Shown here: one piece after another, positions 16,406 through 25,604 of the stretch | How the letters are laid out: each line of letters begins with the position of its first letter | Position numbering within the stretch: position 1 is the first letter of the stretch | Source: Dehalococcoidales bacterium | Lineage (GTDB): Bacteria > Chloroflexota > Dehalococcoidia > Dehalococcoidales > G020351185 | Length of the DNA: 32,000 nucleotides | Assembly (NCBI GenBank): GCA_963674855.2 | Contig: CAXXST010000001.1 | Span: 307,252-339,251, forward strand | Reading direction: 5' to 3' | Made by a program: the position numbers and the translations under genes | The notes under the pieces: model-generated | Databases searched by the model: none | Told to the model about the DNA's origin: nothing | Seen by the model: the letters and a program-made list of their open reading frames with translations, nothing else

Positions 16406-16409
16406 ATTT

Positions 16410-17774
16410 CTAAAAACCGGTTCCGTGGCTGCCGCCGGGGGGTAAAATCTCAAAGGATTCGCCGCCCAGCTTGGCAGCCAGTGTATTGCTTAATTCGCTG
16501 ATGGGGATACGCAGTTGCTTCATGCTGTCTCGCTCGCGCAGGGTAACCTGTTTGTCATCAAGGGACTGGAAATCAACTGTTATACAGTATGGCGTGCCGA
16601 TTTCATCCTGCCTTCGATAACGCCGCCCGATGCTTTGGGCGGTGTCATAGCCAATCATCCAGCGTTGGCGCAGCTCGGCGTGAATCTCGTCGGCTATCTT
16701 TAACAGCGGTTCCTTCTTGCTCAATGGCAGAATGGTGGCTTTATAGGGCGCCAGCGACGGGTGCAGCTTCATTACCACCCGGATATCATCTTTGTCTGGC
16801 TCTTCCGTATAGGCGTCATGCAAAAACGCCAACACAGAGCGGTCAACACCGGCAGATGGCTCTATTATATATGGGTATATGTGCTGGTTGGATTCTTCGT
16901 CCAGAAGCGTCAGGCTTTTGCCGCTGGATTCGGCGTGCTTCACCAGGTCAAAATCGCCGCGGTTGGCGATGCCTTCAAGCTCTGACCAGCCCATCGGGAA
17001 TAAATATTCAATATCGCTGCAACCACGGGCATAATGCGCCAGCTCTTCTTCGCCGTGGCAGCGCAGTTTCAGGTTTTCTTTTTTAATGCCCAATCCCAGA
17101 TACCAGTTGAGGCGTTCGTTCTGCCAGTAATCAAACCATTCCTTATCCGTATCCGGCTTGACGAAAAACTCCATCTCCATCTGCTCAAACTCGCGGCTGC
17201 GGAAAATAAAGTTGCCGGTGGTTATCTCGTTGCGGAAGGACTTGCCAATCTGGGCGATGCCGAAAGGCAGTTTTTTACGGGTGGTGTTAACAACGTTCTG
17301 GAAGTTTACGAAGATACCCTGGGCGGTTTCCGGGCGCAGGTAAACAATACCGGCGTCGTCTTCAACGGGTCCCATAAAGGTCTTGAACATCAGGTTGAAC
17401 TGGCGCTCTTCGGTAAGCTCACCGCCGCAGGAGGGGCAGACATCACCCTCAAGTTCATCTGCGCGCCACCTCATCTTGCATTCTTTGCAGTCCACCATCG
17501 GGTCTGAAAAGCCCTTGAGGTGCCCGCTGGCTTCCCATACCTGCGGGTGCATCAGTATGCTGCTGTCCAGCCCCACGATATCACTGCGTTTTTGAACCAT
17601 TGCCTGCCACCACGCCTGTTTTACGTTGCGTTTGAGCTCTGCCCCCAGCGGACCGTAGTCCCAACAGCTGGATAAACCGCCGTAGATTTCACTGCTGGGG
17701 AAAATAAAGCCGCGCCGGCGGCAAAGGGAAACAAGTTTTTCCATGCTGGTTTTATCTGGATTAAAGTCAGGCAA
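16410..17774 (-). CDS. glyQS: glycine--tRNA ligase (homodimeric GlyQS type)
   Basis: 454 aa with [14 protein letters not shown] and class II synthetase motifs. TTG start at 17774 with AAGGAG 6 nt upstream. Confidence 0.92.
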   Translation of the reverse strand: MPDFNPDKTSMEKLVSLCRRRGFIFPSSEIYGGLSSCWDYGPLGAELKRNVKQAWWQAMVQKRSDIVGLDSSILMHPQVWEASGHLKGFSDPMVDCKECKMRWRADELEGDVCPSCGGELTEERQFNLMFKTFMGPVEDDAGIVYLRPETAQGIFVNFQNVVNTTRKKLPFGIAQIGKSFRNEITTGNFIFRSREFEQMEMEFFVKPDTDKEWFDYWQNERLNWYLGLGIKKENLKLRCHGEEELAHYARGCSDIEYLFPMGWSELEGIANRGDFDLVKHAESSGKSLTLLDEESNQHIYPYIIEPSAGVDRSVLAFLHDAYTEEPDKDDIRVVMKLHPSLAPYKATILPLSKKEPLLKIADEIHAELRQRWMIGYDTAQSIGRRYRRQDEIGTPYCITVDFQSLDDKQVTLRERDSMKQLRIPISELSNTLAAKLGGESFEILPPGGSHGTGF

Positions 17775-17803
17775 GTAAAACTCCTTATATAATAAAAATC
17801 ATG

Positions 17804-18388
17804 TTAAGAGGCGTTGCGTGAACGCCTGTATGTGCTTACAAGAAACAGCGTTAAAACAATGCCGCCGATAATCATAACGATAACGGCGAACAACCACACC
17901 GGCATAAGGTGGCTGCCGTTTATATTATAGCTGAAAATATCCAGCATAATAAAACTGAAGACAATCTGCGGCAGGACTATTATGTTGCCAATCAGCATAA
18001 TCAGCCGTTCCGGGTTAAGTGACTGGCTTAATTCTCCAAGAGAGCCGCCGATTTTTATTATCGTGCCGCTTACGCCGCCGCCCAGAAGGACGAATATCAG
18101 ATGCGGCAGCAGCATATAAGCAGCCAGCATTCCGCGGCTGGCGGTGCTTGTGGACAAGCCGTCCGCGCTAAAGCGGTAAGCCACCTGCGGGCTGAGCTGG
18201 AAATAGAAAATAGCAAACAGGATTACGCTTAAGAAAAGAACTGCCAGCGGCAGCAGGACATATTTCAAGTGGAACTTCAGCTCTACTGTTCTGGTTTCGG
18301 CGGGTGTTTCTTTTGTTTCTTCTGTCATTGGCATATAAAAGTTATCAGCTTTACTTCCGTATGTCAAAAGACGGCGGATTTCTGGCAT
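17804..18388 (-). CDS. hypothetical integral membrane protein (about 5 TM)
   Basis: 194-aa ORF with several long hydrophobic segments. The start is uncertain: ATG at 18388, 18334 or 18328, none with a clear Shine-Dalgarno. Confidence 0.6.
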   Translation of the reverse strand: MPEIRRLLTYGSKADNFYMPMTEETKETPAETRTVELKFHLKYVLLPLAVLFLSVILFAIFYFQLSPQVAYRFSADGLSTSTASRGMLAAYMLLPHLIFVLLGGGVSGTIIKIGGSLGELSQSLNPERLIMLIGNIIVLPQIVFSFIMLDIFSYNINGSHLMPVWLFAVIVMIIGGIVLTLFLVSTYRRSRNAS

Positions 18389-18437
18389 ACTTTGCCGTTA
18401 TGGTAGAATTAAAGACCGCGTAAAAAGGCAGGAACAA

Positions 18438-19061
18438 ATGATAATTAGAAAACTTGAAGTCGGCTCTTTTGCATCCAATTGCTATATCGTGTCTTCGGAA
18501 AAAAATAAAGAGGGGATGATTGTAGACCCCGGCGGCGAAGCCGAAAGGATAATGACAGAGGTGAAGCGGGATGGGCTGGATATAAAAATAATCGTTTTAA
18601 CACACGGGCATCTTGACCACACCGCCGCTCTGAAAGAGGTTGCGGAAGCCACCGGTGCAAAGGTAGCCATTCACAAAGACGAAGTGGAGATATTGAACAA
18701 CAAGTTCGTCAGCATATTTCTGGGGATGCGTCACCGCACCCCGCCAAAGGCGGACAGGCTGCTTGAAGACGGTGATGTAATATCCGTGGGTGAAATGGAA
18801 TTCACTGTGATTCATACCCCGGGACACACGCCGGGCGGTATCTGCCTGCTGGGAGAGGGGGCTTTGTTCAGCGGCGATACGCTGTTTTACTCTAGCGTAG
18901 GGCGTTCTGATATTCCTACCTCCGGCGGCAATCATCAGCAGCTTATAGAAAGCATTAAAAACAAGCTGCTGGTATTAGAAGACGGCATAAAAGTTTACCC
19001 CGGGCACGGTCCTGAAACTACTATCGGAGCCGAGCGCCGGGGTAATCCATTTTTAGTCTAG
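18438..19061 (+). CDS. MBL-fold metallo-hydrolase (glyoxalase II-like)
   Basis: THGHLDH metal motif, HTPGHTPG, and GDTLF...GR in a 207-aa ORF. Confidence 0.85.
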   Translation: MIIRKLEVGSFASNCYIVSSEKNKEGMIVDPGGEAERIMTEVKRDGLDIKIIVLTHGHLDHTAALKEVAEATGAKVAIHKDEVEILNNKFVSIFLGMRHRTPPKADRLLEDGDVISVGEMEFTVIHTPGHTPGGICLLGEGALFSGDTLFYSSVGRSDIPTSGGNHQQLIESIKNKLLVLEDGIKVYPGHGPETTIGAERRGNPFLV

Positions 19062-19064
19062 TGG

Positions 19065-21107
19065 TTATATAAGACCGCTGAAATCCACCAGCACCGGCGC
19101 AATTACCAATGCTATTATTGATATCAGCTTAATCATTATATTCAGCGAAGGACCGGAAGTGTCTTTCATCGGGTCTCCCACAGTATCGCCGACGACAGCC
19201 GCCTTGTGGGAATCTGAACCCTTGCCGCCGTAAGCCCCGGTCTCAATATATTTCTTGGCGTTGTCCCAGGAACCGCCGGCGTTGGAAAAGGTTATCGCCA
19301 GTATAAAGCCGGTGATTATAGCTCCCACCAGGAAGCCGCCCAGAGCCAGAGGTCCTAAAAGCAAGCCGACAACAACCGGCGATGCGATGGTGATTATGCC
19401 GGGTACAATCATCTGCTTGATGGAATCGCGTGCGCAGATGTCCACGCAGCGGGCATAATCCGGCTTGCCTGTGCCGTCCATGATACCTTTGATTTCACGG
19501 AACTGGCGGCGGACTTCATTGACGATAGAAAAGCTGGTCTTGCTGACGGCATTCAGCGTTAAAGCGCAGAAAAGCGCCGGCAGCAAAGCCCCCAGGAACA
19601 ACCCGGCGATAACACGCGGGTCAAGCAGGCTGATATCTGCCATTTCAATACCCACCGCCTGAACGTATGAAAGCAGCAGCGCCATGGCTGTCAGCCCGGC
19701 GGCGCCGATGGCAAAACCCTTGCCGGTGGCGGCGGTGGTGTTACCCAGCGAATCAAGGGCGTCTGTCCTGTCCCTTATCTCCGGGGGCATACCTGCCATT
19801 TCTACGATACCGCCTGCGTTATCGGCAACTGGTCCATAAGCGTCTGTGGCGTCCTGGATACCTAGTGTCGCCAGCATGCCCACGCCGGCGATAGCCACGC
19901 CGTAAACATCAGCAAATTGGTGCGCCGCCACGATGGCGATGGCTATTATGATTACAGGCGGCACAGTACTCATAAGTCCGTTAGCGAAGCCGCTGACAAT
20001 ATTCGTGCCTGCGCCTGTCTGGGATGCCTCTGCTATATTCAGGGTTGGTTTATTGGTATAAGAAGTGAAGTAATTGGTGCTTTCGCCGATAAGAACACCG
20101 GCAACCAGCCCCACAAGTATTGCCCAGAAGATGTTTATGTTGGCGTCCATGAAATAGACTGCCAGGAAAGAAAATCCCGCCGTCAGGATAGAGGCGGCGA
20201 AGGTGCCGCGCCGCAGGGCGTTCAGCAGGGCTTCCATCTTCAGCTTTTCACTGACCCTGACCATAAAGATACCGATAATAGAAGCCAGAATGCCTCCGGC
20301 GGCGACAAGTATCGGTATAAACCAGGCGGTTTCCAGATCTCCCACCAGGGATTTGTCCAGGGTGGTAGAGAAGACGGCTATCATTCCCAGCGTCATGGTG
20401 GCGATGATTGAATCTACATAAGATTCAAATAAATCTGCGCCCATACCGGCAACATCACCTACGTTATCGCCAACAAAGTCTGCGATAACGGCGGCGTTGC
20501 GTGGGTCGTCTTCGGGGATGCCTTTTTCAACCTTGCCGACGATATCGGCGCCGGTGTCAGCCGCCTTTGTGAAGATACCTCCGCCGACACGGGCGAAAAT
20601 GGCTACCGAAGAAGCGCCGAAGCCAAAGCCGGGGATAATCTTCAAAAAGTCTTCATTGCCGTTGAAGACGAGGTAAAGTATGCTTAAGCCGAGGATGCCG
20701 ATACCGACGACACTCAGCCCCATTACCGCCCCGCCGCGGAAGGAAACCCGCAGCCCTTGATTGAGGCTTTTCTGGGCGGCGGCTGCCGTGCGTGAGTTGG
20801 AGCGGATGGCGATGCTCATGCCGACGAAGCCGGCAAAGCCGGAACAAACGGCGCCGAAAACGAAAGCCAGCGCCACGAACCAGCCGAGTGCGGGGACTAC
20901 CCCCAGTATGACGGTAACCACCGCTACGAATATCGCCAGTATGCGGTATTCCCGTCCCAGGAAGGCTAACGCCCCCTCCTTGATTGCGCTTGATATTTCT
21001 ACCACTTTCTTGGAACCCTGGGGCTGTTTCAGCACGTAATATGCCAGAAAAGCAGCCACAACTATTCCCAGAACTCCGGATAGAATTGCGATTAGTATTG
21101 GGTTCAA
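19065..21107 (-). CDS. hppA: membrane-bound ion-translocating pyrophosphatase (K+-dependent type)
   Basis: 680 aa with [40 protein letters not shown] and [10 protein letters not shown]. Ala rather than Lys in GNTTAA is the established signature of K+-dependent enzymes. TTG start with AAGGAG 9 nt upstream, immediately after the stop of the upstream gene. Confidence 0.92.
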   Translation of the reverse strand: MNPILIAILSGVLGIVVAAFLAYYVLKQPQGSKKVVEISSAIKEGALAFLGREYRILAIFVAVVTVILGVVPALGWFVALAFVFGAVCSGFAGFVGMSIAIRSNSRTAAAAQKSLNQGLRVSFRGGAVMGLSVVGIGILGLSILYLVFNGNEDFLKIIPGFGFGASSVAIFARVGGGIFTKAADTGADIVGKVEKGIPEDDPRNAAVIADFVGDNVGDVAGMGADLFESYVDSIIATMTLGMIAVFSTTLDKSLVGDLETAWFIPILVAAGGILASIIGIFMVRVSEKLKMEALLNALRRGTFAASILTAGFSFLAVYFMDANINIFWAILVGLVAGVLIGESTNYFTSYTNKPTLNIAEASQTGAGTNIVSGFANGLMSTVPPVIIIAIAIVAAHQFADVYGVAIAGVGMLATLGIQDATDAYGPVADNAGGIVEMAGMPPEIRDRTDALDSLGNTTAATGKGFAIGAAGLTAMALLLSYVQAVGIEMADISLLDPRVIAGLFLGALLPALFCALTLNAVSKTSFSIVNEVRRQFREIKGIMDGTGKPDYARCVDICARDSIKQMIVPGIITIASPVVVGLLLGPLALGGFLVGAIITGFILAITFSNAGGSWDNAKKYIETGAYGGKGSDSHKAAVVGDTVGDPMKDTSGPSLNIMIKLISIIALVIAPVLVDFSGLI

Positions 21108-21752
21108 CTATTTGTTCTCCTTTCTGTTTAATATATCCAGTTTATTTTCAAGGCTTTTTTGCTGTTTTGCCAGCGTTAAATCGCTGCGTGTCCTCTCCAG
21201 AACGCCGCGCACCATATCTGTATTATGGCGCAGGTTATTGGTTATGGCGTCCGGAAAGTCCATCGTCACCAGCACATCATAGATGTCGTTCATAGCCTGT
21301 AATAGCTCTTCGCTTCTTGAATAATCCTCATTGCGCAACCCGTCCACTATATAGCGCCTCATTTCGCCGGCGGCTTCGCCCAGCCCGTTAAGCCATGCGG
21401 CGTATTCAACCCCCAGTTCGTCTGGGGTGGGCAGCTTTTGTTGTGTTATCAGGGCAAGCGTAATACTGCCTTCGGCATACTCCTTCTGGGCGTCCAGAAA
21501 AAAGCGCGGGTAGGGCATGCGTTTGCAGTCATCCAGTATCAGCCTGGCTTCGCTAACCAGTTTTTGCGCCGAACACAGCATATCTTTGCCGGCATCAAAC
21601 TCCTGGCGGTGCATGGCGCGGATAGCCCGGCTGCAATGGCGGATTGTTTCACGGCACAGCGGTATCACCTTTTCACGGGCGGCGTCCTTGGCCATAAAAT
21701 CAGCCCTTATCTTTTCGGCTATATTTTCCAGCTTATCGGTCGGCTTGCTCAA
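21108..21752 (-). CDS. translin-family (COG2178-like) nucleic-acid-binding protein
   Basis: 214-aa all-helical ORF. The C-terminal pattern EYAAWLNGLGEAAGEMRRYIVDGLRNEDYSRSEELLQAMNDIYDVLVTMDFPDAITNNLRHNTDMVRGVLERTRSDL follows the translin DY..G..DL.GEL.R...GDY...LR.K.D consensus. Its TTG start overlaps the thiE stop (TTGA). Confidence 0.6.
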   Translation of the reverse strand: MSKPTDKLENIAEKIRADFMAKDAAREKVIPLCRETIRHCSRAIRAMHRQEFDAGKDMLCSAQKLVSEARLILDDCKRMPYPRFFLDAQKEYAEGSITLALITQQKLPTPDELGVEYAAWLNGLGEAAGEMRRYIVDGLRNEDYSRSEELLQAMNDIYDVLVTMDFPDAITNNLRHNTDMVRGVLERTRSDLTLAKQQKSLENKLDILNRKENK

Positions 21753-22816
21753 CTATCCATCTCCAGTTTCTTTATAAGCTGCCGGGTGGCTTCACCGGGA
21801 GATTCCGCCTGCATTATGGCGCTTATAACGGCAACGCTGTCTGCGCCGGCGGCTGAAACCTCAATGGCATTATCAATATTTATGCCGCCGATGGCTACCA
21901 GCGGCAGCTTTGTTTGCCTTCTTATCTCTTTCAATGCTTTTAAACCGGCGATATCAACATCCTTCTTTGACGCCGTTGGGAAGACGGCGCTGGCAGCCAG
22001 ATAATCCGCGCCTTTGGATTCGGCTTCTTTTGCCTGTTCAACGGTGGCTACAGAATATCCGATGATTCTATCTATCGGCAGCAGGCGGCGGGCTTCTTCA
22101 AGCGGCAGGTCATCCGGGCCGATATGCAATCCGTCCGCGTCAACCGCAAGGGCTATATCAAGATAGTCATTCATAATAAATAACGCGCCGTTTTCAGCGC
22201 ACAATCTTTTAAGGCTTACGGCTATACCAAAAAGCTCCTTTGCGGGTGTATCCTTAGCCCGCAATTGCACTATTTTAACGCCACTATTAAGAATTTCTGC
22301 CGCAATGCTCTCATAGCTGCGGTTTTCTAAATATTGAGTATCTATAATAGCATATAAACCCTTTATTTTTCCTGCCTTGTCTTTACGAAGCAGTTTTGAC
22401 AGCAGGCTTTTTTCAATATCATAAAGCTCAAACCTGGCTTCCTTGAAGGCTTCACCTGCCAGATTTACAGACGGAACTTTTGCCAGCTCTTCAATAACCC
22501 GCAGCGATTCCTGAATCCGCCTGGCGTTGGCAATAATGGTTGAAGGCAACTCCCTTTCCTTCGTTTGCTGGCTGACCTCTATATCAATGCCGATATCGCC
22601 ACGGCTGTCGCGCGCCCGGAGCAGCCGTTTTTTATCAGCTAAATCCTTTACCGCCAGTGTATGGCGCATCGCTTTTAAATTCTCGGACAGGGCGGTATCG
22701 TTCAATATAAACCTGGCGGTATCTTCCAGCAGGCGCAGGCTCTCGCCGATGCGGTTCAGGTTGGCATCTATTATACGCAGTATTTGCTGGCCAGCCTTTT
22801 CTGATGAATAATCCAT
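21749..22816 (-). CDS. thiE: thiamine-phosphate synthase with N-terminal extension of about 140 aa
   Basis: The C-terminal ~210 aa is the TMP-synthase TIM barrel (IVQLRAKD, LHIGPDDLP, VAIGGINIDN). The N-terminal domain (ILRIIDANLNRIGESLRLLEDTARF...) has unknown function but recurs in long ThiE forms. Confidence 0.85.
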   Translation of the reverse strand: MDYSSEKAGQQILRIIDANLNRIGESLRLLEDTARFILNDTALSENLKAMRHTLAVKDLADKKRLLRARDSRGDIGIDIEVSQQTKERELPSTIIANARRIQESLRVIEELAKVPSVNLAGEAFKEARFELYDIEKSLLSKLLRKDKAGKIKGLYAIIDTQYLENRSYESIAAEILNSGVKIVQLRAKDTPAKELFGIAVSLKRLCAENGALFIMNDYLDIALAVDADGLHIGPDDLPLEEARRLLPIDRIIGYSVATVEQAKEAESKGADYLAASAVFPTASKKDVDIAGLKALKEIRRQTKLPLVAIGGINIDNAIEVSAAGADSVAVISAIMQAESPGEATRQLIKKLEMDS

Positions 22817-22863
22817 TTATAAGCCCGGTGTTTGGCTACAGGCAGCCTGAAATTAAACGGCTG

Positions 22864-22889
22864 ATTTTAACATAATATTTTAACATAAT
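22864..22889 (-). promoter_or_regulatory. perfect tandem 13-nt duplication carrying extended -10-like boxes upstream of thiE
   Basis: attttaacataat occurs at 22864-22876 and again at 22877-22889. On the thiE strand each copy reads attaTGtTAAAAT, an extended -10 form, 48-60 nt upstream of ATG 22816. Confidence 0.3.
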
Positions 22890-22913
22890 AGAGGTATATG
22901 GGTAAATACAGGC

Positions 22914-23279
22914 TTACATTTCGCCGATGGCGTTTTCAAAAAGCTCTATACGCAGAGGTTTGTTATTGTTATCCAGTTCTACGGCGATAAAATCTATGCG
23001 CCAGTCCGGCGGTTGCTCAAACTTGCTTTGCAGGTAACGCCGGGCGGTGGTTACCATCCTCCTTTTTTTGGCACGGGTTATGGATTCCTCCGGGCTGCCG
23101 AAGCTGTGGCTGGTTTTTGTTCTGACTTCTACGAAAGAAAGCGTGTCTTTATTACGCGCTATAATATCAATCTCGCCTTCGGGGCAGCGGTAGTTGGTTT
23201 CAACTATTTTGAATCCCTTTTTCCTGAGGAAATCCGCCGCCAGGTCTTCGCCCAGCCTGCCGGTGTCGTTGCGCTTCAT
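22914..23279 (-). CDS. yraN: YraN-family (UPF0102) endonuclease-like protein
   Basis: MKRNDTGRLGEDLAADFLRKKGFKIVETNYRCPEGEIDIIARNKDTLSFVEVRT matches the YraN signature. The ATG at 23277-23279 overlaps the rnhB TGA (ATGA). The longer ORF-track version is rejected (see noticed_but_rejected). Confidence 0.8.
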   Translation of the reverse strand: MKRNDTGRLGEDLAADFLRKKGFKIVETNYRCPEGEIDIIARNKDTLSFVEVRTKTSHSFGSPEESITRAKKRRMVTTARRYLQSKFEQPPDWRIDFIAVELDNNNKPLRIELFENAIGEM

Positions 23280-23908
23280 ACCTGCCATAATACCAGGTCT
23301 TTTACCGGGCGGAATGAAAGGCGGTGAATGGGGGAAGGTCCCAGCCGCCGCAGGTTGGCGGTGTGTTGCTGGGTGCAATAGCCCTTGTGCCTTGCCAGCC
23401 CGTAGCCGGGGTGAACAGCGTCCATTTCCACCATCAGGCGGTCTCGGGTTACCTTGGCGATGATAGAAGCGCAGGCGATAGAAAGGCAAAGGCTGTCCCC
23501 GTTGGTGATGCCCTTCTGGGGCAGGGGTATTTCCGGCAGCCGCAGGTAGTCTATAAGCAGGCTGTCTGCGGGCGGGCATAGCTTTTCTACTGCCTGCCGC
23601 ATCGCCAGTTTGGTTGCCCTGAGGATATTGCCCTTATCTATGACATCATGGGCGATTATACCGATACCTACCGAAATGGCTGTTTCAAGGATACAGCCGA
23701 ACAGGATTTCACGTATTTCAGGCTTTAAGAGCTTACTGTCATTTACATCCTGCAGCCAGCCGCCTTCCGGGTGGCGGGGCAGTATAACGGCGGCGGCAAC
23801 CACCGGACCGGCAAGAGCGCCGCGCCCTGCCTCGTCTATGCCGGCGGTGTATTTATAGCCCTGTTCCGCCAGACTGGTTTCTTCCGTAAAAGTTGGCTTG
23901 CCGTTAAT
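23276..23908 (-). CDS. rnhB: ribonuclease HII; start codon non-canonical (AUU 23906-23908 proposed)
   Basis: The ORF-track GTG at 23803 begins at VVAAAVIL, but the same frame stays open upstream and encodes ...AEQGYKYTAGIDEAGRGALAGP, the catalytic RNase HII motif. No ATG, GTG or TTG occurs between the in-frame TAG (23942-23944) and 23803. An ATT at 23906-23908 sits 9 nt after AGGAGG and 1 nt after the mnmA stop. Confidence 0.75.
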   Translation of the reverse strand: MNGKPTFTEETSLAEQGYKYTAGIDEAGRGALAGPVVAAAVILPRHPEGGWLQDVNDSKLLKPEIREILFGCILETAISVGIGIIAHDVIDKGNILRATKLAMRQAVEKLCPPADSLLIDYLRLPEIPLPQKGITNGDSLCLSIACASIIAKVTRDRLMVEMDAVHPGYGLARHKGYCTQQHTANLRRLGPSPIHRLSFRPVKDLVLWQV

Positions 23909-23909
23909 T

Positions 23910-24971
23910 TTACCCTTCCTCCTCTTCCGTAAAAGTCTCTTCTATAACCCCCCCGCCCAGCACCTCCTCCTTGCGGTAAAAAACGATAGATTGCCCCGGG
24001 GCGGCAGCCATTTGCGGCTGGGCGAGTTTTATATAAGCTGTGCCGTCATCTACATACATACCGATATTGCTTTCAGCGGATTTATAGCGAATCCTGGCTG
24101 TTATACCCGTTATGCTCTGCGGGATTATTTCGCCGGATATCCAGTTCAGGCGGCTGGCGGATAGCTGGCTTGTAAAAAGCTGCTCCTGTGTGCCGGCAAC
24201 CAGCTTGTTGTTAGCGAAATCAATACGTAAAACATAGAGACGGTTGTCTGCGGATAATCCCAGCCCCTGCCTTTGCCCGATAGTATAATGAGACAGCCCC
24301 TTGTGCTTACCCAGCACCTTGCCGTCTGTATCAACTATATCTCCGGGGCTGGATGGAACTTTTTCGTTTATAAAAGCGTGGTGGTCATTATCGGGTATAA
24401 AACATATATCCTGGCTTTCCTTTTTAAGAAAATCATTAAAGCCAATCTCCTTTGCCATTCTTTTGACCTGGCTTTTATACAATCTCCCCAGCGGAAACAT
24501 CAGATGGCGCAACTGCTCCTGTTTCAGGGTGTAAAGAAAGTAAGACTGGTCTTTATTATGGTCAACACCTTTAAACAGGCGGTAGATATTATCACAAAGC
24601 TCAATGCGCGCGTAATGACCGGTAGCCATGAAATCCGCCCCAAGCTCCAGCACCTTTTTAAGCAGGGCGTCTAATTTTACATAATGATTACAAACAACGC
24701 AGGGGTTGGGTGTTCTGCCTTGCCTGTACTCGTCGCAGAAGGGAATAATCACCCTCTCTCTGAAAAACCGGCGTAAATCTACCGTATGGTGCTCAATGGA
24801 CAGTTTTTCAGCGACCTTGCGCGCGTTTTCAAGGTCTTTGTTATCTTCATCATGTTTAAGCAGCATGCTGACGCCGATAACCCGGTAGCATTGCTCCTTG
24901 AGAATAGCCGCCGTTACAGAGGAATCCACCCCTCCGCTCATGGCTACGGCAACACATTTCTGGGGCATCAT
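23910..24971 (-). CDS. mnmA: tRNA 2-thiouridine(34) synthase
   Basis: PP-loop VAVAMSGGVDSSV, GRTPNPCVVCN and ATGHYAR in 353 aa. ATGA overlap with the tmk stop. Confidence 0.92.
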   Translation of the reverse strand: MMPQKCVAVAMSGGVDSSVTAAILKEQCYRVIGVSMLLKHDEDNKDLENARKVAEKLSIEHHTVDLRRFFRERVIIPFCDEYRQGRTPNPCVVCNHYVKLDALLKKVLELGADFMATGHYARIELCDNIYRLFKGVDHNKDQSYFLYTLKQEQLRHLMFPLGRLYKSQVKRMAKEIGFNDFLKKESQDICFIPDNDHHAFINEKVPSSPGDIVDTDGKVLGKHKGLSHYTIGQRQGLGLSADNRLYVLRIDFANNKLVAGTQEQLFTSQLSASRLNWISGEIIPQSITGITARIRYKSAESNIGMYVDDGTAYIKLAQPQMAAAPGQSIVFYRKEEVLGGGVIEETFTEEEEG

Positions 24972-25588
24972 TTCCTCCGTGGCAGCAGGGGGGTTACTTT
25001 TTGCCAGATTATTTCAGCTATTTTATCTATATCCTGTGCGGCGTCTATTATAAAAAAACGTTCGGGTTCTGCGGCTGCCAGTTCAAGATAACCCTGCCGC
25101 ACTTTTTGGTGGAATACGGCGTCTTCTTTTTCAAAGCGGTCCGGTTTTTCATTCTTGCGGTTAAAGCCTTCTTCTACGGACAAATCCAGCAGAATCGTCA
25201 GGGCTGGTTTCAAGCCCTGTCTGGCGGTATTGTTAATTGCCCTGACTGTTTCAAGGTCAAGCCCGCGGGCATAGCCCTGATAGACAGTGGTGGAATCATC
25301 AAAGCGGTCACAGATAACAATCCTGCCATTCGCCAGCTCGGGCTTTATAACTCCTTCAACAAGCTGGCTGCGGGCGGCGTTGAAAAGAAAAAGCTCGGCA
25401 AGGGGGGTAATGTGCATATCCTCCGCCCATTTCAACAGGCGGCATATTTCATCACCTATGGGCGTTCCGCCGGGTTCAAATGTTAAAATGGCGGGGATAC
25501 CCTCACGGCACAGCCTTTTATAAAGAAGTTTAGATTGCAGGCTTTTGCCGCAACCCTCGCCGCCTTCAAATGTTATAAACAGGGACAA
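24968..25588 (-). CDS. tmk: thymidylate kinase
   Basis: P-loop FITFEGGEGCGKS plus DRF and LID-region motifs. TTG start at 25588 with AAGGAG (25595-25600) 6 nt upstream. Confidence 0.9.
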   Translation of the reverse strand: MSLFITFEGGEGCGKSLQSKLLYKRLCREGIPAILTFEPGGTPIGDEICRLLKWAEDMHITPLAELFLFNAARSQLVEGVIKPELANGRIVICDRFDDSTTVYQGYARGLDLETVRAINNTARQGLKPALTILLDLSVEEGFNRKNEKPDRFEKEDAVFHQKVRQGYLELAAAEPERFFIIDAAQDIDKIAEIIWQKVTPLLPRRK

Positions 25589-25604
25589 ATCCCTCTCCTT
25601 TAAT

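Noticed and set aside
15642-16409. Possible CRISPR array, because of closely spaced intergenic repeats
   Set aside because: The units are hairpin modules of different sequence and irregular spacing, with no uniform repeat-spacer periodicity. The copies are dispersed over four loci, and no cas genes are present.
23280-23579. N-terminal 100-aa extension of the 221-aa ORF containing YraN
   Set aside because: The extension is Pro/Arg/Ala-rich and overlaps the rnhB coding region in another frame. The YraN homology starts at MKRNDTG, whose ATG forms an ATGA overlap with the rnhB stop.
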